Shown in pieces: positions 1-8,280 of a stretch of 16,982 bases of DNA (positions are counted from its first letter, which is position 1; the number at the start of each line of letters is the position of its first letter). The notes under the pieces are model-generated. The model did no database searches, was not told where the DNA came from, and saw only the letters and a list, made by a program, of their open reading frames with translations. Source of the DNA: Paraspadella gotoi (taxonomy: Eukaryota > Animalia > Chaetognatha); contig CM119271.1 of assembly GCA_051294375.1 (NCBI GenBank), positions 5,055,340 through 5,072,321 of the forward strand. The letters run 5' to 3'. Made by a program: the position numbers and the translations under genes.

Positions 1-107
1 AAAAAATAAATTTCGAATTAAAATAAAAACCTCTTCACCCCGTCAGCTTTTAATTCCATGATTAATTGATGTTGCCCTGTTATCGACCAAATCCGTAGTT
101 TCTAAGC

Positions 108-385
108 AATTCTCCCGCCACCTGGCAATATCTACGGGGATTCCCTCACCGCCTGGCGATTTCCTCGAAGATTCTCCCGACACCTGGCAATTTCTTCGAC
201 GATTTATCGACCGCCTGGCGATTTTTTTCAAGGATTCCTCCATCGCCTGGAGATTCCCTCGAAGATTCCTCAACCGACTGTCTTTTTTTTTCAAAGATTC
301 CTCCATCGCCTGGCGATTTTTTCCAAAGATTCCTCCACCGGCTGGCGATTTCTTCAAAGATTCCCTCACCTCCTGAAATTCTCTT
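108..385. repeat. Degenerate ~31-bp minisatellite, about 9 units
   Basis: A CCTGG-like core recurs at 121, 152, 183, 214, 246, 277, 309, 341 and 372 (31-32 bp spacing). Unit is approximately CGCCTGGCGATTTYYTCRAAGATTCCTCCAC. Confidence 0.85.
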
Positions 386-1239
386 CCACGATTCGACGAA
401 TTTATTATTTATTTCGATTTTTTTTTNNNNNNNNNNNNNNNNNNNNNNNNNNNNNNNNNNNNNNNNNNNNNNNNNNNNNNNNNNNNNNNNNNNNNNNNNN
501 NNNNNNNNNNNNNNNNNNNNNNNNNNNNNNNNNNNNNNNNNNNNNNNNNNNNNNNNNNNNNNNNNNNNNNNNNNNNNNNNNNNNNNNNNNNNNNNNNNNN
601 NNNNNNNNNNNNNNNNNNNNNNNNNNNNNNNNNNNNNNNNNNNNNNNNNNNNNNNNNNNNNNNNNNNNNNNNNNNNNNNNNNNNNNNNAAAAAAATTTAA
701 TGTCTAACATTAAAACGTTATTTTTCCGTGATTTCGTTCGTTGTTCCAATTTTACACCTGGCTATTTCTGGCTATTTCTTTTTATACTTAAAAAAAAAAA
801 AATTACTACGTTATGGTCATTATTTGAATGGCTTAAGATTTATGTATTTTTTGTTTTTTAGTTCTTTAGCTGAGCTAAAAAAAATTAATGAGAGTTCAAA
901 GAGACTATCAATATTTTTAATCAGGATCACAAAAGCAACAAATATAATTTTCGCTCCAAAAAAAAATAAAGAAAAAATAACCAAAAAATTGTTTTGTAAA
1001 ATTTTTTCTCAAAATTCCACCTTGAAAAAAAAAGGTAAAAGAAAAAAACCAAATGTCTATTTTCCTTTTTCTTTTTTTTTTTCGCTTTCATCTTCATTTC
1101 TTCTCCTCCATCTTATTTTTTTTTGGCAAAGATTTTAACGAATAGAATTTCTTGGCGCGAGAGAAAAGAAAATGCATTTCTCCGACTTTTGTCTTTGGCT
1201 TAAAAAAAAAAATATATATATTTAAAGAAATCGGCGACA

Positions 1240-1291
1240 ATGACGACGACGACGATGACGACTAAAACGACGACACTGCCGTTGGTGGAAA
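1240..1291 (+). CDS. Putative exon 1 of the methyltransferase gene (MTTTTMTTKTTTLPLVE)
   Basis: ATG at 1240 in a GC-richer island, with a possible donor A|GTAAAA at 1292. The acceptor of the next exon lies in a gap, so phase cannot be verified. Confidence 0.35.
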
Positions 1292-1710
1292 GTAAAAAAA
1301 TAAAAAATCACAAACGGAAGAAAATGAATGGTTATTTCTTTTCTTTGTTTCTTCGGTTAACAATTAATTGCACGCGCGAGCTACTTTTCCAATTCGATTT
1401 TTTTTCTAAAGTTTTTAGTTATTATTTGATTTTTGGTTATTTCGTTCTAAGANNNNNNNNNNNNNNNNNNNNNNNNNNNNNNNNNNNNNNNNNNNNNNNN
1501 NNNNNNNNNNNNNNNNNNNNNNNNNNNNNNNNNNNNNNNNNNNNNNNNNNNNNNNNNNNNNNNNNNNNNNNNNNNNNNNNNNNNNNNNNNNNNNNNNNNN
1601 NNNNNNNNNNNNNNNNNNNNNNNNNNNNNNNNNNNNNNNNNNNNNNNNNNNNNNNNNNNNNNNNNNNNNNNNNNNNNNNNNNNNNNNNNNNNNNNNNNNN
1701 NNNNNNNNNN

Positions 1711-1719
1711 ACGAGCGGG
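1711..1719 (+). CDS. 3' end of exon 2 of the methyltransferase gene (remainder in N-gap 1453-1710)
   Basis: Donor G|GTAAGG at 1720. The noisy duplicate (about 4300-4451) shows the missing exon, reading ENNWDRIASS.. and ..WARDVL.. across indels, which resembles the N-terminal helices preceding motif I in this family. Confidence 0.5.
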
Positions 1720-2023
1720 GTAAGGAAAAGAAAAGGCGGACCGAGATTGGGGTGAAAGAGGATTGGGGTGAAAGAAGTATTGAGCTAAAAGAGGATTAGG
1801 GTGAAAGCAGACGCGAATCTATAGAGAAGGGAGGTAATTCTTTATTATTAGACTTCAACTCTATAAGACTTTAATATGCATTTATTAGAATTTAGACTAA
1901 TTTAGCTCCAATTCATTTGGTGAGACATATTACTCACGGTTATTATTATTACATTTATTATTATTACTATTATATATTGTAGTGGTAGTATTTCATACCC
2001 CACTACTCGTCCGAGAATCAGCA

Positions 2024-2091
2024 GCACCTATGGCGCCGGAGGTAGCACGAGCTCCTCCCAACCCAAAGGACTCGGGTTCGCGCCCTGCTGA
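2024..2091 (+). promoter_or_regulatory. tRNA-derived Pol III internal promoter (A and B boxes); pseudo-tRNA, Gly(CCC)-like
   Basis: A box TGGCGCCGGAGG at 2031-2042 and B box GGTTCGCGCCC at 2075-2085 (one mismatch to GGTTCGANNCC), with canonical tRNA spacing. CTCCCAA sits at the anticodon-loop position. D and T stems partly pair; acceptor and anticodon stems do not, so this is not a functional tRNA. Confidence 0.6.
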
Positions 2092-2093
2092 TT

Positions 2094-2176
2094 CACACAA
2101 GTAAAAGCGGGACGGGGCGTCTAACCCACCTGTAGTGTCGGACTACAGCCCGATCCGAAGTTCGGGACCTTGTGTG
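2094..2176 (+). ncRNA. Candidate twister ribozyme, type-P5 permutation with minimal P1
   Basis: P5 CACACAAG 2094-2101 / CTTGTGTG 2169-2176; AAAA linker; P2 GCGG 2107-2110 / CCC 2125-2127 (one bulge); GA 2111-2112; T1 CGG 2113-2115 / CCG 2155-2157; cleavage motif UAA 2122-2124; T2 AC 2128-2129 / GT 2160-2161; P3 CTGTAGT 2130-2136 / ACTACAG 2142-2148; P4 CCCGA 2149-2153 / TCGGG 2162-2166; L4 U-CCG-AA-GU. Confidence 0.75.
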
Positions 2177-2314
2177 CAACGGACGGTAAACTGCTCGCGG
2201 CATCTTCTTCCACAATATATTATTTTTATTACTTATTTCTTATCATTATACTCACTTATTACTCACGGTCGGTCAGTCCTGAAGAAAGGAAAGGATCGTA
2301 GAGAGGAAAGGATA

Positions 2315-2490
2315 GGAAAAGAGAAGGACAAGGAATGTAAAAGAGAAGGACAATGAATGGAAAAGAGAAGGACAAGGAATGGAAAAGAGAAGGACAAGGA
2401 ATGGAAAAGAGAAGGACAAGGAATGTAAAAGAGAAGGACAATGAATGGAAAAGAGAAGAACAAGGAATGGAAAAGAAAAGGACAAGGAAT
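2315..2490. repeat. 22-bp purine-rich minisatellite, 8 units
   Basis: GGAAAAGAGAAGGACAAGGAAT repeated tandemly with few substitutions; intronic. Confidence 0.92.
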
Positions 2491-2548
2491 GGAAAGTACA
2501 TCTACTTGAAAGAAAAAAAAAATCTTTCTTATGATAAAAATTTGGTAG

Positions 2549-2962
2549 ACGACGATCACGAGGTCGAGGACGACGAGGAGGAAGAGGAGGAAGAGAAGGA
2601 AGAGGAGGAAGAGGAGGAAGAAGATGAGGAAGAACATCTGGAGGACAAAACCTCGTCCATCATTCATCGCGAGAAAAACAAAAACAACAACAACAACAAG
2701 AAAAACAAAAACAAAAGACTCGGTCGGTCCAAAGAAGGAAAAACGACGAAGGGACAAGAGAGAGAGCGAAACGAGGGACAAGACTCTACGAATCAAGGAC
2801 AAAGTAGGACAAAGGGACGAAGAAAGGAGAGAGTACAAAGTCTCCCGCGGTTCGACGCCGTCGTCGACATCGGATGCGGCGTCGGCGACGTCACCGAGTC
2901 GCTCGTCAAGTGGGTCGCCGATGCTGAGGAGGAGAGAGGGATGAAGACGAGGAATGCGTCAG
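2549..2962 (+). CDS. Exon 3 of the JHAMT-like class I SAM methyltransferase: acidic/low-complexity tract, then motif I
   Basis: Open frame encoding FDAVVDIGCGVGDVTESLVKW (SAM-binding motif I, about 2860-2895). Acceptor TTTGGTAG| at 2548 and donor CAG|GTATGG at 2963, both phase 1. Confidence 0.8.
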
Positions 2963-2976
2963 GTATGGGAGAGGGA

Positions 2977-2980
<4 letters not shown>

Positions 2981-3031
<51 letters not shown>
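2981..3031. repeat. (GA)n microsatellite
   Basis: Pure GA run at the start of the intron. Confidence 0.95.
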
Positions 3032-3033
<2 letters not shown>

Positions 3034-3411
3034 TCTCTCAGTGTCCGTAACCAAAAACAAGAACGGGAAAATTCAAGGTGTTGCGCCGCAGTGACGTTAT
3101 TGTGTGAACGCATTTCCAGATGATCACGAAACTACACTAGTATGAGACATAATATGCACGAGAAGCATATTATGTTTCATTGCTTCTTTGTGAAGTATTA
3201 GGTTAAACAACTAAATGTTACATTTTCGGATCAGGTGAGCGTAAGATGGCGTTGTCAGGCGACTATACAAGTATGAAGCCCAGGCACAAGAAGCATCTAC
3301 AAGTCTACTACTAAAATGACTCAGTATTTTTTGGATCATTCTGCATTGAATTTCTGGCCATGTGTCGGATTTTTTAATTTGATCACATTAACCATATGAT
3401 TTGCTTTGTTC

Positions 3412-3546
3412 AACTAAAATCAAAACAAAAACCAAACGAACAAAAACCAAAACAACTAGAACCAAAACAACAAGAACCAATACAACGACAACCAAAACAA
3501 CAAAAACCAAAACAACAAGAACCAAAACAACAAAAACCAAAACAAC
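3412..3546. repeat. 15-bp minisatellite, about 9 units
   Basis: CCAAAACAACAARAA tandem units; the QPKQQ translation in ORF 3396-3764 comes from this repeat. Confidence 0.85.
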
Positions 3547-3564
3547 CTCCTTCTTCGACTCCAG

Positions 3565-3732
3565 ATCCTCCCAAACTCTTTTTCGGTCTCGACTCCTCTT
3601 CCTCCATGGTGGAGTTTTGTCGTCTCAACAGGAGCAGAGTCGTCGAGTCGACGGGAAGAAGAGCAGAGCTGAGATTCGTGATAGGCGACGCCGAGACTGG
3701 AGCGGGGTGGAGCGGCCAAGGGTGGGATGGAG
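3565..3732 (+). CDS. Exon 4 of the methyltransferase (post-I acidic motif and motif II region)
   Basis: DPPKLFFGLDSSSSMVEFCRLNR...LRFVIGDAETGAGWSGQGWDG matches the GxDxSxxM and FxxGDA pattern. Acceptor CTCCAG| at 3564 is phase 1, in frame with exon 3. The donor G|GTGAGG is visible in the duplicate at 5393. Confidence 0.8.
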
Positions 3733-3757
3733 NNNNNNNNNNNNNNNNNNNNNNNNN

Positions 3758-5392
3758 AGAATAAAATGTCTATTTATCCCTTTTTTTTCTTTTTTTTTTT
3801 CGCTTTCATCTTACATTTCTTCATACGTCTCCATCTTAATTATTTTTTTGGGCAGAAGATTTTAACGAAAGAATTTCTTGGGCGAGAGAACAGGAAAATG
3901 CCATTTTCTCTCGACTTTTGTCTTTGGCTTAAATATAAAGAAATAATATATTTTAAAGAAATGCGGCGACATATGACGACGACCGACGTATACGCTAAAG
4001 ACTGAACTAGGCGACCCCGTTATCTGTTGGAGGATGGAGAAATAAAGAAAATAAAAAATCACCAAACGGATAAGAACAGTTAGTGTTAGTTTCTTTTCTT
4101 TAGTTTCTTGCGTGTCTAAATTATTGCACGCAGCGATGCATACTTTACCATTCGATTTTTTTTCTAAAGTTTATCTAGTATATTATTTGATCTTTGTTAG
4201 CGTTATTTTCGTTCTAAGAGTACTATAATTATACGTTTCGAACTTATAAAAATCCTAGCAAATTCTCTTAATTATTTAATTTATACATTCAATTGGAGAG
4301 TTTGGGACTGAAAGATCTCAGAAAATAATTGGGATCGAATCGCGTCGAGTTTACGGCATCGTTCACAAGATCCGGAGGGTGGCAACTTGAAATTATTGGG
4401 CGAGAGACGTCCTGGGAGACATACTTACTTCGAGCATTCTGGAACGAGCGGGTAAGCGAAAAGAAAAGGCGGACCGAGATTGTTGAGTGAAAGAGGAAAA
4501 GTAAGTAAGGTTCAAGGCACTGGGAAAGTAACAGTCTTACTTAGTCAGACAATGAAAGAAAAAAAGATCTCTTCTTATGTTAAAAATTATGGACGACGAC
4601 GATCACGCAAGAAAATTCTAGCTGAGGTCGAGGACGACGTAGGAGCGCACCAACCGAGTGAGGTTAACCGAGTTGAGGATAGAGCAGGGAGAAGATGACG
4701 AAGAACATCTTGGAGACCAGCACTACTAATCGTACCACTACATTCATCGCGAAGAAACAGAACAACAACAACAGACAACAAGAGACAAAGCAGAAAGACT
4801 CGTCGGTCACGCAAAGAAGGAAGACGCGAGGGAGAGAGAGAGCACGAACGCAGGGACAGACTCTGGAACGAATCAAGGACGGAAGTAGGAAGCAAAGGTA
4901 AAAGAAAGAGAAGAAAGAAGGACAGGAAAGTATGACTCCGCGGTAGTCGAGCGCGTCGTCGACATCGATGCCGGCGTCGGCGAACGTCACCGGAGTCGCT
5001 CGTTCAAGTGGGTCGCTTGGATGGCTGTAGAGAGATGAGGGATAAGAGACAGAGATAGCGGTCAGGTATGGGAGAGTGAGATGAAGTAAAAGAGAGAGAG
5101 AGAGAGAGAGAGAGAAGAGGAGAAGAGAGAGAGATGAGAAGGTGATAGAGAGAGAGAGAAGGTAGAAGAGAGAGAGAAAACCATCCTTACTTCGACTGCC
5201 AGAATGCCTCCCAAACTCTTTAGTCGGACTCGACTCCATCTTACCTCCATGAACGGTGGAAGTTAGTTGTCTGCTCGGATTAACAGGGTAGCAGAGTACG
5301 TCGAGTCGACGGAAGGAAAAGCAGATACTGGATTCGTGGATGTGGCGACGCGGAGACTGGAGCGGGTTTGGAGCGCCAAGGGTGGGATGGAG
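3758..5392 (+). other. Indel-rich second copy of about 1049-3732 (likely raw long-read overfill or alternative haplotype)
   Basis: Collinear matches to the upstream region and exons 1-4, with dense single-base insertions. It starts directly after a 25-N gap and lacks about 1760-2468 and about 3032-3540. Confidence 0.85.
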
Positions 5393-5565
5393 GTGAGGTG
5401 GTGTGAGACTGGAAGCGGGGTGGAAGCGGCAATGGGATGGGATGAGAGGTGAAGGTGAGTGGAGACTGGACGGGGTGGGCGGCCAAGGAGTGGGATGGAC
5501 GTGAGAGTGGGTGGAGACTGGAGCGGGAGTGGAGCGGCCAGAGTGGGGCTGGAGCTGAGGTGGAG
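5353..5565 (+). repeat. ~52-55-bp tandem repeat (4 units) built from the end of exon 4 plus its splice donor
   Basis: GAGACTGGAGCGGGGTGGAGCGGCCAAGGGTGGGATGGAGGTGAG-like units start at about 5353, 5405, 5462 and 5514. Confidence 0.8.
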
Positions 5566-5901
5566 GATGGACCATGGGTTGGGGAGTGTTCAATTTGCAA
5601 TGAAGGAAATTTACTAGTAGTGTATTAACAGTGTACATAAAAGTGAGTATGAAGGAATATAGCAATGCATGTATTACGATAATTTGTGGATCAGTGAAGC
5701 TTAAAAGTCTAAAATATTCGCCTTTTGTCCAATGATTTACCTCTCTCTCTACTCCTCTCTCTCTCCATCCTCTCCTCTCATCATCCTCCTTCTCTCTCCA
5801 TCATACATCATGCCATAGTCTCTCTACAGAGGTCACGGGCTCTTTCTCTTCTTCTCTCTTCAGTCTCTCAAAGAGTGAGCTCACATAGACCCCTCGCACA
5901 G

Positions 5902-6094
5902 CCTTCGACCTGGCGACGAGCTTCTCCACCTTCCATCATCTCCTCGACGTCGACTCCGCCTTCGACCAAATCGCGCGCGTTCTCAAGCCCGGAGGTCGCT
6001 TTCTCATTGGCTGCTTTCTCGACCAATCCGCGTCGTTTCTTCGCGCCGAGCGACGTCTGCTCGACGGAGACAAATGGGCGGGCGTTTTGAGGAA
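5902..6094 (+). CDS. Exon 5 of the methyltransferase (not shown in the ORF track)
   Basis: Acceptor CGCACAG| at 5901 is phase 1, giving GWDG-AFDLATSFSTFHHLLDVDSAFDQIARVLKPGGRFLIGCFLDQSASFLRAERRLLDGDKWAGVLRK, with classic FDL..S...HH and ARVLKPGG motifs. The donor is uncertain (AA|GTTAAG at 6095). Confidence 0.85.
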
Positions 6095-6704
6095 GTTAAG
6101 GAGGAACGAGGAGAATGGGGAGGAAGAGAGGGAGGAGGAGAGGGAGGAAGGGAGAGAGGAGAGGGAGGAAGGGAAGGAGGAGATAAGAGAAAATACGAAG
6201 AAGGTTGCGGAACAAAAGAATCATATTTTGAAATGGAGGAAGATGGAGAAAGAGAAAGGAAAGAAGAAAAGGGAGGAAGACAGAAAGGAAAGGAAGGAAG
6301 GAGATCAAAGAGAGGAGAAAATAGAAGAAGAAGACGAGAAGGAGGAAGAAAGGAGAAACACGAAGAATAAAAGAGGAAAAGAAAAGAAAATCGAAAGGAG
6401 AAAAAAGAAAGAAAAGAAAGAAAAATCTTCTCTCAGGTTTGAAAACGTTTTGTACAATGAAATCCGATGTTTGTCCGAGGAGATTTTACATAATTCGTTT
6501 TGATATTGTTTTTTAATAATCTTACAATAAAATAAAATTATTTAACGCAATCTCAAAAAATGATATAGTACGAATGCATTTAAATTGATCACTGAGGTCT
6601 AAATCGGACTTCACTGTACTTGACTCTTAAATGCAATTCTTTCCTCATCTTATCTTCGTCACGAGTTATTCAAACTTATTTTTCTCCCCCTCCGGCCTCT
6701 CATC

Positions 6705-6714
6705 TCCTCTCTCT

Positions 6715-6764
<50 letters not shown>

Positions 6765-6772
6765 CTCTCTCT
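6705..6772. repeat. (CT)n microsatellite
   Basis: Interrupted CT run. Confidence 0.9.
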
Positions 6773-6861
6773 CACGTCTACTTTCTCGTTAACCTATCTC
6801 ATCATGCCTCTCTCTATTTCTACTCGGCTCAACCAACGACCCGCTCTTTCCTTTCCTCACG

Positions 6862-7100
6862 ACCTCTCTTTCCTCCTCACCTATCTTTGTCGCTCATCCC
6901 TCTTTTCTTTTTCACTTATCTATTCCTCCCCACCTATCTTTGTCGCTCATCCTCTCTTTCCTTTTCACTTCTCTTTTCCTCCTCACCTCTCTTTGTCGCT
7001 CATCCTCTCTTTCCTTTTTCACTTCTCTTTTCCTCCTCACCTCTCTTTGTCGCTCATCCTCTCTTTCCTTCCTCACTTATCTTTTCCTCACCCTCTTCTT
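6862..7100. repeat. ~53-bp pyrimidine-rich minisatellite, about 4.5 units, ending just upstream of a splice acceptor
   Basis: TGTCGCTCATCC recurs at 6888, 6941, 6994 and 7048. Confidence 0.88.
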
Positions 7101-7120
7101 ATCTTCTCTCTCTTCCACAG

Positions 7121-7186
7121 ATTTGACCGCGAATGCGTTCGTCCGAAAGAAATTCCCGGACAAAGAGGACATCACTCACGGAAACT

Positions 7187-7250
<64 letters not shown>

Positions 7251-7501
7251 CCGCCGCCTCCGCCCCAACGCCGGCGCGTAATCGTCTCCCTTCAGACTCC
7301 GCCCCCCGACGCCCGGCGAAGAAACGGCGCCGCGAGAGTCGAAAGTCGAAGCCGGCGTCAACGCCGCCGCTTGATTTATGCCGCTGGGGCGTCGCGGCGA
7401 ATGAAATTCCGGGCGTCGGCGGCGGCGTCAGGCGGCGTCGGCGTCAGCGGCGGCGAAAGAAGAAGCAGAGAAAATCCGCGATGACGAATCGTCGTCGTCG
7501 T

Positions 7502-7543
<42 letters not shown>

Positions 7544-8033
7544 TTTGACAGAAGTAAAAAGGAAGACGACGAATTTAAATCGAACGCATCGTCGTCGTCG
7601 TCGTCGTCGTCGTCGTTTATCGTCGTCGTCGTCGTCTTCTTTTCCTCGTCGTCGTCCTCCCCCCTTCTTCCTCCTGGATTGATTCCTCCTCTCTCCGCGC
7701 GACGAGCTTCAATCTCATTTGCATAAACGCGTCGTCGTGGAAACGATCGTCGATCGGTTTATGGCGGCGGCGGCGTCGGATAGCGGAGGATCGGCGGCGA
7801 CGACCGTTGGCGGTTTATCGGTAGAGGGCGCAGCGGTGCGGGCGACGGAGCTCCGATTCGATGCCGCATCCGAGTCGGAATTGAGAGGATTTTTGGCGGC
7901 GAGAATTCGTCGCAAATTGGCGGAGGAGGCGTCGCAACAGTGGGGGGGCGTGTCGGTCACGGACGAGGCGATTGATGGGAAGTCGGTGCGGCTGGAGGAC
8001 GCGAATCGATGCTGCGATATTTAAAGATGCTGC
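7121..8033 (+). CDS. Probable large low-complexity exon 6 of the methyltransferase; frame disrupted by apparent sequence errors
   Basis: Strong acceptor TCTTCCACAG| at 7120. GC-rich coding-like sequence with (GCC)n and (GTC)n runs. Segment 7719-8000 reads VETIVDRFM..GGLSVEGAAVRATELRFDAASESELRGFLAA, resembling the C-terminal beta-6 region of JHAMT-like proteins. Possible donor GC|GTGAGT at 8034. Several frameshifts are needed to link the pieces. Confidence 0.45.
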
Positions 8034-8280
8034 GTGAGTCGATGCGTTCGACTTCATCGCGGATGAGATCTTTATTTGACTTCGAAATGCTGTTGCCCGA
8101 GTTGAGTAAGCGGCCATCTTGGAATCTGCCTTTTTCCATCAGGAAAATGTGGATTTCGTCTCTTACGTCGAATTTCACGTCCCAGCCTTCGAAACTGTCA
8201 GTCTACGCTTTGCGACGAGCACAACTGTGGACAAAGTTTGTCAAATTAAAATGTCTTTCTTTTCTTAAGAACTCTTTTAG

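Larger units (their letters stand above)
1928..2269 (+). mobile_element. SINE/retrozyme-like insertion: tRNA-like head plus twister ribozyme, flanked by a 13-bp direct repeat
   Basis: TATTACTCACGGT occurs at 1928-1940 and 2257-2269 (candidate target-site duplication). A GC-rich structured core (1978-2214) lies between AT-rich (TAT)n-like flanks. The whole region is absent from the second copy of this intron. Confidence 0.6.

Noticed and set aside
108-385. CRISPR-like periodic repeat, and ORF 43-369
   Set aside because: Units are contiguous and degenerate with no unique spacers, in a eukaryotic context. The ORF is simply the repeat translated.
405-749. ORFs that span N-runs (also 1240-1755, 13205-13489, 13838-14453)
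   Set aside because: Open only because Ns cannot encode stop codons.
2024-2095. Functional tRNA-Gly gene
   Set aside because: Acceptor and anticodon stems do not pair and the invariant T-loop A is missing; treated as a SINE-type head.
2263-3123. Long ORFs 2353-3123 (+) and 2263-2838 (-) as single-exon genes
   Set aside because: Both extend through the minisatellite, and the + ORF also runs through the (GA)n tract. Only 2549-2962 is supported by splice signals and motifs.
3110-3150. Minimal hammerhead-like string CAGATGA-TCAC-GAAACTA-CAC-TAGTA
   Set aside because: Stem III and a GUA triplet fit, but the core has A in place of the conserved U (CUGAUGA), stem II cannot pair, and stem I is mismatched at the junction. 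At best a decayed relic.
4664-5665. 333-aa minus-strand ORF
   Set aside because: Antisense to purine-rich noisy duplicate and tandem repeats; low complexity with no recognisable domain.
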